Positions 42,261-53,875 of a stretch of 64,000 bases of DNA are shown here, in pieces. Below the pieces are notes generated by a model. That model made no database searches. It was not told the origin of the DNA and saw only the letters and a program-made list of their open reading frames with translations. The number at the start of each line of letters is the position of its first letter. The first letter of the stretch is position 1. The stretch lies in NCBI GenBank assembly GCA_963771175.1, contig CAVYSY010000026.1, positions 96,001 to 160,000 of the forward strand. Direction: 5' to 3'. This DNA is from an uncultured delta proteobacterium (GTDB lineage Bacteria; Myxococcota; Myxococcia; Myxococcales; Myxococcaceae). The position numbers were made by a program, and so were the translations under genes.

Positions 42261-44123
42261 GTGGGTTCAGCACGTCCATGGACATGGCTCGGAGTCCTGG
42301 CCGTGTGGGCCGGAGCGGCGGGAACGGCCCATGCGACCGAGACGGACCAGTACTTCGCGATCGCCAAGCGGCCGCGGGACTCGCTGAGCGCTCTCAACGA
42401 GAAGATCAATCGCGAGCTCCTGGGCGCCGTGGACCTCGTGAACCGGCAAGGGAACTGGGAGCGCGCCTCCTGCGAGGACGTCGCCCACGGCGTCTACCAG
42501 CGCTTCCGCATCTCGGGACTCCACAAGATCGAGCTCTGGGCGGAGCACTCGCCCCGCCTCGAGCGCGTGCCGTCCGATGAGGAGCATGGGCGCTTCAAGA
42601 ACAAGGACTCCATCTACCGCAACGGGCGCTTGTGGGACTGGGGCCTCACCTTCGGGGTGAAGGCGACGTTCAGCGTCGCCGGGGTTCACCTGGGCGCGGA
42701 CAAGCTCTCCCACTTCTTCCAGACGGGCTGGAAGTACGACAGGCGCTTCCGCGAATACATGAAGGAGGGAGTCCCCGAGCGTGAGGCGCTCGAGCGGCTG
42801 GTCCGCTACGGAGTGAAAACGGAGTCCGGTACGCTCGGCCTCGGGACGACGGGGGTCTTCTCGTTCGGCGACCTCGAGGCCAACTACCAGGGGTTCCTCT
42901 TCTATCGGAGCCTGTGCCAGGACGAGAACCCGCGGCTCCTGAAAACCTCCGAGGGCTGGCGGCTGACGCGTCCGTTCGACTGGCGCGAGTACGTCTCCCC
43001 ATGGCTCGACGAGACCTACAACAACTCCGCGTTCACGCCGAAGCGCTGGAGGGAAGTCCGGACCAATCTGCGGCGGGATTACTGTCCGAAGCTCGACAGT
43101 GATGCCTTCGTGGAGCACTACCAGCGTTACGCGCGTTACGCGGGCAGACCCGACGACTTCAACATCCGCTACGTCCGGGAACTGCTCGCCCGCGGAGAGG
43201 TGCCACGTCAGGAGGACTACTCCGTCTGGACGGCCTGCGACCGGAGTCGGCCGGACTTCGGCGTCGGCGGAGCGGAGGCCCTGGAAGGGAGCCCCGAGCC
43301 AGCGCCTCGGTACGAGACCCCGCGCTTCGACGAGCCGCTCCTCCGGCCCACGGGCGAATTCGGCGGAGGCGGGCGCCAGGGCGCCGGCTCCGACTGGGAA
43401 GTCCTGCTCCGGGTGCGGTTCGTGCTCCGCGAGACCGTGGTGCCGGAAGATGCGTGGGATGCGGTGCGGACCCCCGAGTACCTGCTCTGGGCCTCGCTCG
43501 ACGGGACGCTCGCGGCGGGCGGGCTCTTCCACGAAGCCACCCTGCCCCATGCCGACCTCCGCTTCACGCCCATGGAACGACGCTTCGAGCTGAACGACGC
43601 CTCCACGGGAGACACGCTGGCGGTCGGTGTGGCGTTCGCGCCAGTGCGACTCACACGGTTCCTGGAACTGGACCGGAAGCTGGGAGTCGAGGCCTCCGTC
43701 GCCGGAGTCCGAGGAAGACTGGGGACGCGACTCGGCGAGCGGCAGCGGGTGGGCGTGTTCGCGTCCCTGGCGCTGGAGGCGCTCGGGTACAAGGCGGCGC
43801 TCCCCCTCTCCGACGTGGGCACGTTCCAGGGGGTGCATGTCACCAGCCTGTCGCTCGAGGCCGGCGCGGAGCTGTGGCTCGGAGAGCGGCTCCGGCTCGG
43901 CATCGTCTCTGGCGGAAGCGCGGGGGTCGGCCTGGGGTGGAGCCACGACAGGAGTGGGCTCTCGTCCCTCTCGGACCTCAGGGCCTACGCCGAGGGGCAG
44001 GTGGACGTGACGAGGTTCTTCCGCCTGTTCGCCCGGGGCCAGCTCGACGCCCTCCTGGAGTCCGGGAGTGACCGGACCCGCTCCGCGCCGACCGTCCTCG
44101 CTGGCGCCGCGGTCCTGTTCTGA
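42261..44123 (+). CDS. secreted protein: unknown N-terminal domain plus probable C-terminal outer-membrane beta-barrel
   Basis: Signal peptide ending AHA; HLGADKLSHFFQTG motif; C-terminal ~250 aa of amphipathic strands ending in Phe. Confidence 0.65.
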   Translation: MGSARPWTWLGVLAVWAGAAGTAHATETDQYFAIAKRPRDSLSALNEKINRELLGAVDLVNRQGNWERASCEDVAHGVYQRFRISGLHKIELWAEHSPRLERVPSDEEHGRFKNKDSIYRNGRLWDWGLTFGVKATFSVAGVHLGADKLSHFFQTGWKYDRRFREYMKEGVPEREALERLVRYGVKTESGTLGLGTTGVFSFGDLEANYQGFLFYRSLCQDENPRLLKTSEGWRLTRPFDWREYVSPWLDETYNNSAFTPKRWREVRTNLRRDYCPKLDSDAFVEHYQRYARYAGRPDDFNIRYVRELLARGEVPRQEDYSVWTACDRSRPDFGVGGAEALEGSPEPAPRYETPRFDEPLLRPTGEFGGGGRQGAGSDWEVLLRVRFVLRETVVPEDAWDAVRTPEYLLWASLDGTLAAGGLFHEATLPHADLRFTPMERRFELNDASTGDTLAVGVAFAPVRLTRFLELDRKLGVEASVAGVRGRLGTRLGERQRVGVFASLALEALGYKAALPLSDVGTFQGVHVTSLSLEAGAELWLGERLRLGIVSGGSAGVGLGWSHDRSGLSSLSDLRAYAEGQVDVTRFFRLFARGQLDALLESGSDRTRSAPTVLAGAAVLF

Positions 44124-44255
44124 CCTGCCCCCGAGGATGGGAGAGGCAGGCATCCGCGAGCGGGCCCTCGCCGCGCCGCCTGCTCCAAACGCTTGTGGGT
44201 CCACACTTCGCGCACCAGCTTTGCTGTCGTCCAGCTGGCCACGGAGGGTTGGGAC

Positions 44256-44915
44256 ATGAGGATGCGGCGGTTCCTGTGGAGCACGGGGCTGTGGGCGGTC
44301 GTGGGGCTGGGCGTGGGCTGTGCCCATGACGAGGCGAAGCAGGCACGCGCTCAGGGCGAGAAGGTGGGCGAAGCCTTCGCGGAGAAGGTCCGCTTCGCCG
44401 ATCAGCTCTCCCTGCTGAACCAGGAGCAGATCGTCCTGGGCCAGATTGCCCTGCGGAACTCCAACGACCCGGAGGTGCGGCGCTTCGCCGAGGACCTCAT
44501 CCGAGACCACCAGAGGAACCAGGAGGATCTGAAGACGCTGGCCGAGGCCAAGGCCATGTCGCTTGCCGCGGTGAACCTGTCCACGCAGGACATAGCCACC
44601 GGCGGCGCGGGCCCCGAAGGCGCTCAGCGGGGCATGGAGAAGGGGGACGAGGAGTACAACAAGAAATACGACAAGCAGGTGATGGAGTTCCTCGAGAAGC
44701 GCAACTCGCTGTCGGGCCTGAGCGGCCGCGAGTTCGACAAGGCCTTCCTGGCGGAGGTGAAGAAGGGCCAGCAGCGGGGCGAGAAGCTCATCGACGAGGG
44801 CTTGGACGACTACCCCGATGACACGACACTGGCCATGTTCCTCGGAAGGACCTCGCCGGTGATCGACAGCCACCAGCAGCGGCTCGAGACCTTGCGGGGC
44901 TTCATCGGAGACTGA
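44256..44915 (+). CDS. DUF4142 domain lipoprotein
   Basis: Lipobox GVGC; EIVLGQIAL-like helix, EVRRFAEDLIRDH, LSGREFDKAFL, PVIDSH. Confidence 0.8.
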   Translation: MRMRRFLWSTGLWAVVGLGVGCAHDEAKQARAQGEKVGEAFAEKVRFADQLSLLNQEQIVLGQIALRNSNDPEVRRFAEDLIRDHQRNQEDLKTLAEAKAMSLAAVNLSTQDIATGGAGPEGAQRGMEKGDEEYNKKYDKQVMEFLEKRNSLSGLSGREFDKAFLAEVKKGQQRGEKLIDEGLDDYPDDTTLAMFLGRTSPVIDSHQQRLETLRGFIGD

Positions 44916-45007
44916 GCGTCCGTGGCCGGGCAGAGCCCGACCAGCGTGTCGTCCGCGAGGTGCTCCATCAGGAGAGGGCGGAATCTCAGGGTCGATGGAG
45001 GTTCACC

Positions 45008-45412
45008 ATGGCTGACGTGCTCACACAGATGTGGCGGGAGATCGTCGAGCGCCCCGACGGGCCGATGGCGTTCCGCTTCTACCTCCAACCGCTGATGGCG
45101 ATGCTGTTCGCCGTGCGCGACGGCATCAAGGACGCGCGTGAGGGACGGCCCGCCTACTTCTGGGCGCTTTTCACGGACAAGCCGCACCGGAGTGAGTTGC
45201 TGCGCTCTGGATGGAGCTCGGTCGGGAAGATCTTCATCCTCGCGCTCGTGCTCGACACGGTCTATCAACTCCTCGTGTTCAGGGGGCTGCGGCCAATCCA
45301 AGGCCTGCTCATGTCCGTGCTCCTGGCCCTCGTGCCGTACGTGCTGCTCCGCGGCCCGGTGAACCGGCTCGCTCGCGCCCTCCTCCACCGCCGGGCCAGC
45401 GGACAGGGGTGA
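45008..45412 (+). CDS. small membrane protein
   Basis: GPMAFRFYLQPLMAMLFAVRDGIKDAREGRP, PYVLLRGPVNR; GGAG RBS. Confidence 0.75.
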   Translation: MADVLTQMWREIVERPDGPMAFRFYLQPLMAMLFAVRDGIKDAREGRPAYFWALFTDKPHRSELLRSGWSSVGKIFILALVLDTVYQLLVFRGLRPIQGLLMSVLLALVPYVLLRGPVNRLARALLHRRASGQG

Positions 45413-45484
45413 CCTTGTTTTCGCCTCCGAGAGCGCGGGGCCTGGGGCCGCCCGCCGGATGACGGGCGGCCCCACTCCGTCAGC

Positions 45485-47186
45485 TCAGGGGTGTGCCTGC
45501 TGGAAGCGGGCGATGGCGTGCTCGACCTCATCGGCGAAGTGATGAATCGCCTCGCCGACGTTCGTGGTAGCGCCTGCCTTCCGCGCGCCCTCGCGCTGCG
45601 CCATCATCTCCTTCACCTTCTGCTTCACCTCCTCCTTGAGGGGCCCGATGCCGAGGCTGCCCGGCGCCTGGCTGGGTGGGTACTCGATGAGGCTCTCGGC
45701 GAACTGCCGGACGACCATCTGCCCCGGCACGAAGAGGAAGATCCGCTCGCCGTACCAGCGGGTGTAGAGCCCCGAGTTCGTGGCGTACTCGAACGGATCC
45801 GAGCGCACGTTGATGATGTAGGGCCAGGCGGGGTTGAAGCGCTTGCCGCTGAACCACATGTCCGGCCCCTCACCGTCCTGGTAGCTGAAGATGAGCTTCC
45901 AGTCGTCGTAGCGGACGGCGGCGAGGTCGCCGCTGTCGAGCACGTAGATGAACTCATGGCGCTTGCCGGCACCCTTGCCAGCGAGCACGTCTCGCTGCTC
46001 GTAGCCGTCGAGGTGCACGCGGAACTTCTTGGAGCCCACCTGGTGGCCCTGCTTGCACCGCTCGACCAGGTTCTCGGGGCCGCCCGCGGCCGCCACGAGA
46101 GTCGGCATCCAGTCCTCGTGAGCGAAGATGTCGTTGATGACGGTCCCCGGCTGGATGACGCCCGGCCAGCGGACGAGGCAGGGGACACGGACGCCGCCCT
46201 CCCAGGTCGAGCCCTTCTCCCCCCGGAACGGGCGCGTTGCCGCCATCGGGCCAGCTCATCTTCTCCACGCCGTTGTCGGTGGAGAAGACGACGAGGGTGT
46301 TGTCGGCGATGCCCAGCTCCTCGAGCTTGGCGAGCAGCATGCCCACGTGGTCATCGAGCTCGGCCATGGCGTCGGCGTAGAGGCCCTTGCCCGTCTTGTT
46401 CCGGTACTTTTCCTGGAGGAACGTCCACACGTGGGTGCGCGTGGTGTTGTGCCAGACGAAGAAGGGCTTGCCCTCCTTCGCCGCCCGCTCGATGAAGTTC
46501 AGCGAGGAGGCCATGAACTCCTCGTCGACGGTCTCCATGCGCTTCTGGGTGAGCGGTCCGGTGTCCTCGATGCGCTGCCTGCCCACGCGGCCCCAGCGCG
46601 GCTCCTCGGTGGGGTCGTCCCGGTCCGTCGCCCAGCAGTGGAGCACGCCGCGCGGTCCGAACTGCTCCTTGAACGTCGGGTCCTTCGGGTAGTCGGGGCA
46701 CTCCGGCTCGTTCTCGGCGTTGAGGTGGTAGAGGTTGCCGTGGAACTCGTCGAAGCCGTGCACGGTGGGCAGGTAGGGGTTGGAGTCGCCCAGGTGGTTC
46801 TTGCCGAACTGGCCGCACACGTAGCCCAGGGGCTTGAGCATCTCGGCGATGGTGGGGTCCGAGTCCTGCAGCCCGTAGGCGGCGCCGGGCATGCCGATGG
46901 TGGTGAGCCCGGTGCGCAGCGGATTCATGCCGGTGATGAAGGCGGCCCGGCCCGCCGTGCAGCTCTGCTGCCCGTAGCAGTCCGTGAGCAGCGCCCCCTC
47001 CTTCGCGATGCGGTCGATGTTCGGGGTGCGGTAGCCCATCATCCCCTGGTTGTAGGCGCTGACGTTCCAGTACCCGATGTCGTCTCCCCAGATGACGAGG
47101 ATGTTGGGCTGCCTGCGCTCACCCTTCTTGCCATGGCCGTTGCCCGTCTTCGAGTGGCCATTGCCCGTCTTCTTGCGGTGCGGCAT
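45485..47186 (-). CDS. Cys-type arylsulfatase, frameshift near 46235
   Basis: PNILVIWGDDIG, SCTAGRAAFITG (CxAxR formylglycine motif), GKNHLG, FSTDNG, FRGEKG..WEGGVRVP. Confidence 0.92.
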
Positions 47187-47425
47187 GTGCTGCGCCCTCC
47201 TTCGTGGGAACGATTGAATGGGTGTCCATCCCGAGCACCGCCGTGCAACGAGGAGGCGAGCGGCGGCAAGTCGACGCCCGCGCCCTGTCCTCCGGGGAGG
47301 GACGAGCGGCACGCCGTGAACACGTCCCTCGGCCCGACATGCCGAGTGCCCCTCCGCCGGACGGTCCCCAGCTTGCACCTTCGCGAGGAGCGTCAGCCCC
47401 ACGTACGGAACAAGGGAGAACACCC

Positions 47426-48436
47426 ATGAGCTCGGAAGTCCGTGGAGAAGCCACGGCGCTGGAGACGAAGTCCCAGGAGGAGCCCGCGCCGCGGGAGGCT
47501 CCGTTCCCGGACATGGTGTGGATTCCCGGTGGCACCTACTGGATGGGCTCGGACAACCACTACCCGGAGGAGAAGCCCGTCCACCAGGTGACGGTGACCG
47601 GCTTCTGGATGGACATCCATCTGGTGACGAACGCGCAGTTCGCCCGCTTCGTGGAAGCCACCGGCTACGTCACCGTGGCCGAGCGCCCGCTGGACCCGAA
47701 GGACTACCCGGGGGCGGATCCGGCGCTGCTCGTCCCCGGCTCGCTCGTCTTCCGCAAGCCCGGCCAGCGCGTCAGCCTGGACGACTTCACCCAGTGGTGG
47801 GCCTACGTGCCGGGTGCCTGCTGGAGACACCCCGAGGGCCCCGACAGCACGTGGGAGGGACGCGAGCAGCACCCGGTCGTCCACGTGGCCTTCGAGGACG
47901 TGGAGGCCTACGCCACCTGGGCCGGCAAGGAGCTGGCCACCGAGGCCGAGTGGGAGCGCGCCGCGCGCGGGGGCCTGGACCGGAAGATATACGCCTGGGG
48001 AGACCTGCTCTCGCCCGAGGGCCGGATGATGGCCAACACCTGGCAGGGACAGTTCCCCATGCAGAACCTGCTCGAGGACGGCTACGAGGGGACCTCCCCC
48101 GTGGGCGCCTTCCCCGCCAATGGCTATGGCGTCCACGACCTCATCGGCAACGTGTGGGAATGGACCACGGACTGGTACCAGGACCGGCACCAGGGCAACC
48201 GCGGCAAGGCCTGCTGCATCCCCACCAACCCGCGCGGGCCGGCCCGCCCCGAGGGGAGCCAGGACCCTCGAACGCCCCAGGTGAGCATCCCGCGGCGGGT
48301 GCTCAAGGGGGGCAGCCACCTGTGCGCCCCCAACTACTGCCTGCGCTACCGCCCCGCCGCGCGCTCCCCGCAGGCCGTGGACAGCGGCTCCGGCCACATC
48401 GGCTTCCGCTGCATCGTCCGTCCTCCCTTCCAGTGA
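47426..48436 (+). CDS. formylglycine-generating enzyme (SUMF1/FGE)
   Basis: HPVVHV, TEAEWERAARGG, ANTWQG, GNVWEWTTD, KGGSHLCAPNYCLRYRPAAR with both catalytic Cys. Confidence 0.92.
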   Translation: MSSEVRGEATALETKSQEEPAPREAPFPDMVWIPGGTYWMGSDNHYPEEKPVHQVTVTGFWMDIHLVTNAQFARFVEATGYVTVAERPLDPKDYPGADPALLVPGSLVFRKPGQRVSLDDFTQWWAYVPGACWRHPEGPDSTWEGREQHPVVHVAFEDVEAYATWAGKELATEAEWERAARGGLDRKIYAWGDLLSPEGRMMANTWQGQFPMQNLLEDGYEGTSPVGAFPANGYGVHDLIGNVWEWTTDWYQDRHQGNRGKACCIPTNPRGPARPEGSQDPRTPQVSIPRRVLKGGSHLCAPNYCLRYRPAARSPQAVDSGSGHIGFRCIVRPPFQ

Positions 48437-48478
48437 GCCGGACGGAGGGCACGGCCACGAGCACCGGTGGCCGCGTCC

Positions 48479-49207
48479 TCAGTGCACCGCCGGAGGCGCG
48501 GGGGGAGCACCGGCCGGGGGCTGCCCGGCGGCTTCTGGGTACAGGGCCAGGAACCGGCGCACCGCCTCGCCCACGGTGGGGTGGACGTTCTCCGGGCCGA
48601 TGCTCTCCATCAGCCCCGTGCGCCGCAACAGCTCCCTCAGCGGGGCCTTGGCCTGGGCGATGGCCAGCACCACCCCCTCCTCCTCCAGTTCCACCCGCAG
48701 GCTCTCCAGTCCCTCGGCCGCGGTGACGTCGAGGTCGAAGACGGCGGCGGTATCCACGAGGAACCACTTCACCGGGAAGTGCGCCCCGGCCACCAGGGCC
48801 CGGGCCTGCTCTCGCAGGTGCCGCACGTTGGCGAAGAAGAGCGGCGCGTCGAATTGGAGAGGAAGTCCGCGAGCCCGCCCGCCTTGACCAGCCCGCCCAC
48901 GAGGCTGATGACGCCCACCATGAGTGCCAGGAGCGCGGCCAGCGCGGCATAGCGCGCCGGGGAGGTGTCGGGAGGCTCCAAACAGTGCGTAGGCCAGCAT
49001 GGCGAAGATGCCCGCGTAGAGCCCCGCCACCGGGCGCACGCCGACAATCTGCGCGTAGGCGAGTCCCTGGGGGATGAGCATCGCGCTGAGGGTGAGCGCG
49101 GAGAGGAAGTCCGCGCGAAGCCACCGGCGCGGGTAGGTGCGCGCCAGCCGCAGGCCGGGGACGACCCGTTGCACCATCTGCCAGACCCCCGAGCGCTCCT
49201 TCTCCAC
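48479..49207 (-). pseudogene. SulP/SLC26 sulfate transporter with large internal deletion
   Basis: N-terminal LIPQGLAYA..GLYAG and GGLADFLS join directly to the STAS domain FDAPLFFAN..DVTAAE at about 48855. Total about 730 bp. Confidence 0.8.
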
Positions 49208-49449
49208 GTCGTCCTCCCCTCATGGCCCCAGGGGCACCCCGAACGTGGGGCGTCCCTCCTCGCGCCGGCAAGGAGAGGACCGCTGAACCCCCGGCCCTCA
49301 CCCCGCGGGGCTGTCCGAGCGGGCGGGGCAAGCCCAGTCCTCGCGCGGCTTCAGGCGGTCGAGCGAGCTCCGACTGCGGCGCTGGCGCGCCCGCGCATCC
49401 GTCGTCAACCTCATCGATGAGCGAATAAGACTCGCGGAGGGCTGAATCG

Positions 49450-51290
49450 ATGACGGAACGCACCATTCAGAGAGAGAAGGTCAAAGAGCCCGGCAGGCCA
49501 GTTCAGCCTGGGGTCCAGGCGCAACGCCGGATCGAGGATCACGCGCTCATCGGCAACTTGCGCTCGGCGGCGCTGGTCACCAAGGACGGGACGATCGACT
49601 GGTTGTGTCTGCCGGACTTCGACTCGGACGCCTGCTTCGCGAGTCTGCTCGGGACGCCGGCGAACGGCGAGTGGTCGATCGCGCCGAAGGAGCCCACCCG
49701 CAAGGTCGAACGCCGCTACCGGAAGGACACCCTGATCCTGGAGACGGACTTCACCTGCGACTCTGGGGTTGTCCGGTTGATCGACTTCATGCCTGTCCAT
49801 CAAGAGTTTCCCAGGCTCGTCCGGACGATCGTGGGGCTGAAGGGGAAGGTGGCGGTGCACTCGGAGCTGACGCCGCGCTTCGCCTTCGGCCGCTCCGTCC
49901 CCCGGGTGGAGAGCGCGGATGGCGCGCTCAGGGCGTTCGCCGGTCCGGACGCGTTGTTCCTCCGGCGTTCGGATCGGGACTCCGCGCCCCCGCTGGTGTC
50001 GGACGTCCAGGTCAGCGAGGGCCAGCGAATCTCCTGGGTGCTGAGCTGGAACTACTCGTGGCTGGATCAGGCCCCGCCGCGCCTGGACGCGGACGAGGCC
50101 GAGCGGGACACCGAGCACTTCTGGATCGGCTGGGTCTCGAAGATCATCCCGCCGCCAAGGTACCGCGACGCGGTGGTCCGGTCGTTGATCACCATCAAGG
50201 CCTGCACCTACGAGAGCACCGGAGGGATCGTGGCCGCGCCCACCACCTCGCTCCCGGAGACGCCGGGAGGCGAGCGCAACTGGGACTACCGCTTCACGTG
50301 GCTGCGCGACGCGGTGCTCGCGCGTCAACGCGTTGACGCGCGCGGGCTTGAGGGACGAGGCGGTGTCCTTCAGGAAGTGGGTGATGCGCGCGATCGCGGG
50401 AGATCCCGCGCAGATGCAGATCATGTACGGAATCCGCGGCGAGCGCCGCCTCACGGAAGCCGAGCTCGGCTGGCTCGACGGCTACGGCGGCGCGAAGCCG
50501 GTGCGCATCGGAAACGGGGCTTACGATCAGTTCCAGCTCGACGTGCTCGGCGAGGTGTCCGTGGTGGTCTACGCGGGCGCGAAGTACTACGGCGAGGTCG
50601 GCCCCGTCGCGCAGCGCGCGCTGCTCAACGTCGCCGAGCAGACGATGAAGGTTTGGAGGAATCCCGACAAGGGCATCTGGGAGATGCGCGGGCCGGACCG
50701 TCACTTCATCGCCTCCAAGGTGGCCGCGTGGACGGCGATCGACCGGGCGATCAAGGCCGCGGACGAGACGAAGCTGACGGCCCCGATGGAGCAGCTGCTC
50801 GAGACACGGGAGGCGATCTTCGACGAGGTCTGCACCCGAGGGGTTCGATCCCGAGCTGAACAGCTTCGTGCAGTACTACGGCGGCAAGCAGATGGACGCG
50901 AGCCTGCTCTACATCCCGCTGTCCGGGTTCCTTCCCGCGACGGATCCGCGAGTGGTGGGCACGGTGGCGATGATTGAGCGCGAGCTGCTCCAGGACGGGC
51001 TGGTGCTCCGCTTCAAGCCGGACGCCACCGGCTCGGTGGACGGGCTCAGCGGGGAGGAGGGCACCTTCCTCGCGTGCTCGTTCTGGCTCGCCGACACGTA
51101 CCAGATGATGGGGCGCTTCGAGGATGCCCGGCGGCTGTTCGAGATGCTGCTGTCGTTGAGCAACGACGTGGGCCTGCTCGCCGAGGAGTACATGCCGAAG
51201 CTGCACGCGCAGATCGGCAACTTCCCGCAGGCGTTCAGCCACTTCTCGCTGGTCAACGCGGCCTACATCATCACCGAGTCGCGCGCCTAG
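49450..51290 (+). CDS. glycoside hydrolase family 15 (trehalase/glucoamylase-like), frameshifted
   Basis: IEDHALIGN, IDWLCLPDFDS, AAPTTSLPE..GGERNWDYRFTWLRD, GIWEMRG, EGTFLACSFWL, GNFPQAFSH. Confidence 0.92.
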
Positions 51291-51348
51291 AACCCGGCGA
51301 TGCGAGGTGCGTCGCCGAACGGGGCGCCGCAGGTTGACGCGGCATCGC

Positions 51349-51943
51349 ATGGATGCGCTTGCCGCGCTCGACTTCCAGCTCTTCCGCCCCTGGTCCGGCA
51401 CGGGAACCCGCGCCGGGGGAGGGGCCTTCTTGGCCCGCGTGGCCCGCTCCACCTCGTCCACGCCTCCACACTCCTGGGCCGGGCGGCGAGGTGGTCGGCC
51501 GCGTCCCGCGGCGCTACCCGCGGTCAACGCGACACAGGCACGGGAGGAGCTACCGAGTCACGTTAGCCTCCTGACTCTGGAGGTTGCCCCAGCCGTGAGA
51601 GCGCCGCACGACAGACTGCCCGTGCCCGGGGACATGGTGGGCCTGTACCGCGTGGTGGCCCCGCTGGGCCGAGGCGGCCAGGGTTACGTCTACCTGGCCG
51701 AGTGCGCCGGACGCCACTTCGTCCTCAAGTTCTTCGAGGCCCACCCGGCGAGCCCCTGGGGCGAGCTGGAGATCGACATCCTGCGCCACCTCGAGCACCC
51801 CAACGTGGTGCGGGTACTGGGCTACGGCCGATGGCCGGACCCGGAGCGAGGCTTCCTCTACATCGCCATGGAGTATGTGGAGGGCCTGACGCTGGAGGCG
51901 CACGCCCTGGAGCACAACCCCTCGGCGCGCCGGGCCGCCCCCC
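51349..51943 (+). pseudogene. N-terminal fragment of a Ser/Thr protein kinase
   Basis: YRVVAPLGRGGQGYVY, VLK, LEHPNVVRV, YIAMEYVEGLTL; no HRD or DFG motifs follow. Start is uncertain. Confidence 0.8.
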
Positions 51944-52844
51944 TGCTGCGGACGTGGTCATCCTCGCCGTCGGTGGCCACTCGGCGTGGTTCGGTCACGA
52001 CGTCACCGAGGGAGAGGGCCGCGACACCGCGAATATCGACCTGCCGGCGCAGCAGGTGGAGCTCATCCAGGCCGTGACTGAAGCCGGCAAACCGGTCGTC
52101 GCCGTCGTGTCGATGGGACATCCGTATGGACTCGCCGCGGTCATCGACCGTCTCCCGGCCGTGCTCACCGCCTACTACGGGGGACCGCACCACGGAGCCG
52201 CGCTCGCGGATGCACTCTTCGGTGTCACGAATCCTGGAGGAAAGCTGCCGTTCACGCTCCCACGGCACGTCGGGCAGGTGCCAATCCACCACGGCCAGAA
52301 GACGGGCAGTGGGTACCGGCGGACCGCCGCCGACATCCACAAGGGCTACCTCGACATGCCGTCCACCCCGCTGTTCGCCTTCGGCCACGGCCTCGGCTAC
52401 ACGACGTTCGACTACGGCCCGCTGAAGCTGGAGAGCGACACCGTCGACGTGAACGGCGAGCTTCGGCTGTCCCTCTCCGTTACCAATACGGGCAGTCGGC
52501 GTGGGACGGAGGTCGTGCAGCTCTATGCCGCCGACACGGCCACGGGCGTAACGCTCCCCGCGCAGCAGCTCATCGGGTTCGCCCGGCTCGACCTGGAGCC
52601 GGGTGAATCGGAGACCGTCGCGTTCGGGGTGCCCATGAGCCTGCTCGGCTACACGGGGCTCTCCGGCGACTTCGTCATCGAGCCCGGTCCGGTGGACGTG
52701 AGCGCGGCAGCAGCTCGAGTGACATCCGCTCCAGCGCCACGTTCACGGTCATCGGGAAGCACGCGCACCATCAAGGCTGAGGAACGCGCGTTCCTCTCCG
52801 TCGCGACAATCGGCCCGTTGGGTGGTTCCGCCACACTGCACTGA
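51944..52844 (+). pseudogene. C-terminal fragment of a GH3 beta-glucosidase (GH3_C + Fn3-like)
   Basis: ADVVILAVGG, EGEGRD..IDLP, NPGGKLPFT, PLFAFGHGLGYTTF, VTNTGSRRGTEVVQLY; catalytic N-terminal domain absent. Confidence 0.85.
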
Positions 52845-52909
52845 GGAGGGAGTTCCGAATCCGGAAGAGAAAGGCACACAAAAAGACAGGGAGGAACGCC
52901 GGCCTCCGC

Positions 52910-53864
52910 TCACTCAAGCGACACGGTGACTGAGAGGTGCTCGGCCGCGTCCCGCAGCGTCACCACGTCGTAATCGGACTTCAGCCAGCCGAAGAGGGTC
53001 CTGAGCCGCTCCAGCTTCCGCGCAGCGGGCACCCGCAGGTCCCTCTGCTGGCGCACCAGCTCCGGGGGAAGGCCGTCCTCCGCGCCCAGCACGTCCACCG
53101 CGTGCAGCTCGAAGTTGAAGAACGGATCCCTCCCGAGCGCGCGGTACGCGGCCCGGATGACGGGCAGCGGCAGCGTGGTGGCGAAGGTGCCGATGAAGGG
53201 GAAGCGAACCCCGGGCGTCACCGCCATCGGCAGTTCCAGCACGGCGCCCGTGCCTCGCCGATACGGTTGCGCCGGGTCCGGCCGGTACGGCGTGCGCGGC
53301 GCGAGCAGCACGCGCGGGGAGTCCAGCACCGCCCGCGAAGGACGACGCGAGCAGCGCCAGCGCCCCCATCACCGCCGCCTTCGCCGTGTAGTACGGGGCC
53401 GCCGGGAACGTGGACGAGCCGTAGCGGTAGCCGCGCTCCACCGTCGCCGCGTACAGCGCCGCGTTGAGCGTGTAGCCCGGCGCGCGAAAGCCCACCGGCC
53501 GCGCGCCCGTGGCCGCCTCCAGCACCTCGTCCGCGCGCCGCAGGTCCTCGCGGATGCTCTCGGGCGAGCGCCGCGTCAGCGCGTAGTCGTGCGAGTAGCT
53601 GTGGCTCGCCACCTCCACGCCCGCCTCGTGCGCGGCTCGCAGCGCCGCCGCCGCCACCGCGTCCGCCGCCACGTCCTCGCCGATGGCGAAGAACGTCCCC
53701 GGCACGCCCACCGACTCCAGCAGCTCCCGCAGCCGGGGCACCGCCAGCGTGTAGACGAGCCCCCGCGCCCGCGCGTCCAGCAGCGACTCGGGCAGCCCGT
53801 GGATGCGGCAGTAGTGCGGCAGCGAGTCCAGGTCGACGGAGATGGATGCGAGCCGCCGCGCCAC
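52910..53864 (-). CDS. polysaccharide deacetylase family protein, frameshift near 53345
   Basis: SISVDLD, GTFFAIG, EVASHSYSH, GFRAPGY, FELHAVD. Confidence 0.88.
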
Positions 53865-53875
53865 CCTCGCCTCCT

